From Selaginella moellendorffii (lineage: Eukaryota > Plantae > Lycopodiophyta), in assembly GCF_000143415.4 (NCBI RefSeq), contig NW_003314309.1, positions 856,641 to 920,640 on the forward strand: a DNA stretch of 64,000 bases, read 5' to 3'. Under the pieces are notes generated by a model, which was not told the origin of the DNA, did not search any database, and worked only from the letters and a program-made list of their open reading frames with translations. The position numbers and the translations under genes are program-made. The first letter of the stretch is position 1; the number at the start of each line of letters is the position of its first letter. Positions 61,801 through 64,000 of the stretch are shown one piece after another.

Positions 61801-63707
61801 CAACTAATTTGCTAGCAGGTGAAACCACAACCACAGTTATACCAGCTGTTTCAGAAGCTACTGCCGATTGTCTCGATAGTTTTGAAGGGGAAGAGAAGGC
61901 GAAGATATCTCAGAAAGCATCTAAAAGCAGTAAGAAGAAGTCTCAGAAGGGTCAAAAGGTGGCTAAAGCAGCAGCAGAACCTGTGTCATCATGCGAGAAG
62001 CAAGAAGCTATAGAGCTCTTGAATGCGACTTTACGTGAAGCTATGGCCTCGGGTGAGGTGGAAAAGATGGAGGCGGCCATAAGCGCTTGTGAGGACGGTG
62101 CTCAAGAATTGGTGGACGAGCGGTTACTTAAGCAGGTGAAGGGTGCTCTAGCAAAGCGGCTCAAGCGGAGGGAAAAAGCTAGCGTTCTAGAGGATGATCT
62201 CACTTCTGCTATAGAGGATGGAAGCTACGATCGGCTGAAAGCTGCCGTCCTTGCGGTCGAGCAGTCGTCAAGATTTGCCGCTGCTCTTCAGGAAAAGCTT
62301 GCAGCTGCGAAGAGGCTTCTTCTGGAGATGGAAAGCCAGACCGCGAGTGAGCCACAGCAAAAGGAAGAGGAGTCTCTGCCGGTTTCAGATGTTTCCACGG
62401 TGGTGCCAACTTCCAGTCCTCCGAAGGCGAAGAAAGACAAGCCCTTGAAGCCAAAGAAACCAAAAAGCAGCGGCCGAAAGAACACGGCGGCCGTCACCAA
62501 CGCGAACAGCTATCATCCATTGCCAGCTAACGGCGTCCCAGCTCCCCCGGACCCTTCCCATCGACCGCCTCCGACTCTCCAGCCAGCTCACGATCTCCCT
62601 CCACTGCTTCCGACTCCACGTCCAACAGGTTTACGTCCTCCGGCTCCTCCCTGCTCCGTTATCATGCCTCCAAAGTCATCTGGACAGCAGCAGCAACAAC
62701 AGCAATACCAGCAACAGCACCAGCACCACCTCCAGGCCTCGACGTCGTGCGAGCACAATCCCATCACTCCACAGCTCTTCCCATCGAGCAGGAGCCCACT
62801 CAACGGCGAGGTGAGCGACTACAACGAGGCGTCGCAGTTCTCTGTGCTTCTCTCCTCGTCGTGGTCGTCGCCGAGATCGTGCTCCTCGCTCGAGGACGAC
62901 GCCTACAACAAGTCATCGTCTCGGTGGGGGAGGTCCCCGGGACCAGAGAACATCACCACCAACAGCAGCAGCCACAGCAGCTATGGATTGGAGTCGCCAG
63001 TCTGGTCGGACCAGCCGTGCCTTGACTCACAGGGATACATCTCCGCGCTACTGGCCACGCTCTTCCCGGTGGAGAGGCTGCCGTCGACGTCGACGACGCT
63101 CTTTAGTGCCTCCCTGGGCGAGTTCCCAGCACCAGCCGCGGGGGAATGCGGCGGCGGTGGTGGCGGAGGAGCAAAACTATCGTCAGGTCTGTCTTCCAGT
63201 GGGCCTGATGATTCTGATATCCTCTCGTTCCTGGACAGCACTCTGAGCAACCTGAGCATTAGCAACGATGGTGGCGACGATTATATCAGTGGTGGTGGTG
63301 GTGGTGGTGGCGGCGGCGGAGGTGGCGGTGGTGGTGGCTCCGCGGTCAACAGCAACGCCGGGTTTGAGAGCTTTGGAAGCGGTGGCGGCAGGAAGGGCTA
63401 CTACTCGTTGTACGCCGGCGGTAATGGTGCTCTTCCTGACTTGACGTCGAGCTTGTTCTCTGAAGAGGATCCTTGCAGGATGAAGGTTGTGGTAAGCTCG
63501 CAGCAGTCGCGGGTGGAGGCGGCGGCGCTGCTGGAGGCGTCGCTCGAGGACTGCTGCTGCATCTGCTTCGACGTGCCCAAGGACGCGGCGCTCGTCCCCT
63601 GCGGCCACCGGATGTGCAAGAGCTGCGGCGAGCAGATCCGGCGCCAGCGTGCCAAGTGCCCGATTTGCAACAGGTACATTGACGCCGTCTTGGCTCTCTA
63701 TGGCTGA
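55810..63707 (+). CDS. Large ARM-repeat / ankyrin / C3HC4 RING protein, putative E3 ligase (~2,532 aa, 6 exons)
   Basis: Exons 55810-57796, 57859-58097, 58150-59966, 60028-61120, 61194-61324, 61376-63707 sum to 7,599 nt in frame; repeats like AMDNHPSNLAVQRAGCGAL; VHEAAEAGDVTCLKALVERGVDV; CCICFD..VPCGHRMCKSC..CPIC. Confidence 0.85.
63289..63338 (+). repeat. GGT/GGC poly-glycine microsatellite in coding sequence
   Basis: Run of 16 Gly codons; a CAG/CAA poly-Q tract lies at ~62685-62730. Confidence 0.9.
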
Positions 63708-64000
63708 TCCAGAGATGGTGTGGATGGACACTATCAATTCATTCGCGATTGATATGGCGCTCAGTGGTTCTCGGGAATGGAAGAGAGATTTCACAGGGAA
63801 GAACAAGAAGGAAAAAAAGTTTTGACAGAGGAGCTGAGAAGAGAGCGAGTAAGGAAGGATTGTTTGCTATGTGAGCTTGTCAAGTTTATAACAAATAATT
63901 CTTGCGAGAATGAAATCTCTCTTATTCGTTACATCCTTCTTGACAGACTTCTATATAGTACGAAAGGCTATGGGTTTGGGAGCTATGCTTTACAAACGAG

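Noticed and set aside
53446-63806. Many antisense and alternate-frame ORFs over the PPR and RING genes
   Set aside because: Shadow ORFs expected from GC-rich codon usage.

Overview
Eukaryotic land-plant genomic DNA with four N gaps. Very short (~50 bp) introns, tight gene spacing, PPR genes, a ciliary gene and Cassandra TRIMs fit a lycophyte such as Selaginella; the organism is my inference. Left part (1-27 kb) is a nest of decayed mobile DNA: Helitron Rep/helicase pieces, four copies of a ~1.1 kb LTR (one a solo LTR with perfect TSD), 5S-carrying Cassandra TRIMs, a second TRIM family, a Penelope-like RT, a chimeric Ty3/Gypsy, and LEUNIG-like and PPR pseudogenes. Right part (28.6-64 kb) is gene-dense: ASCC3/DExH14 helicase, a CLE peptide gene the ORF track misses, ENKD1, eIF2-beta, an ARK-related kinesin with an IQ motif, RPL32, a P-class PPR and a ~2,530-aa ARM-ankyrin-RING protein. 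A scrambled 36.8-45.1 kb interval holds a Crinkler-like gene (Ubl-like header + STAND/AAA NTPase + PD-(D/E)xK-like nuclease) abutting a Copia relic; this is the best candidate for an uncharacterised system. All calls come from motif recognition and manual translation; no searches were run.
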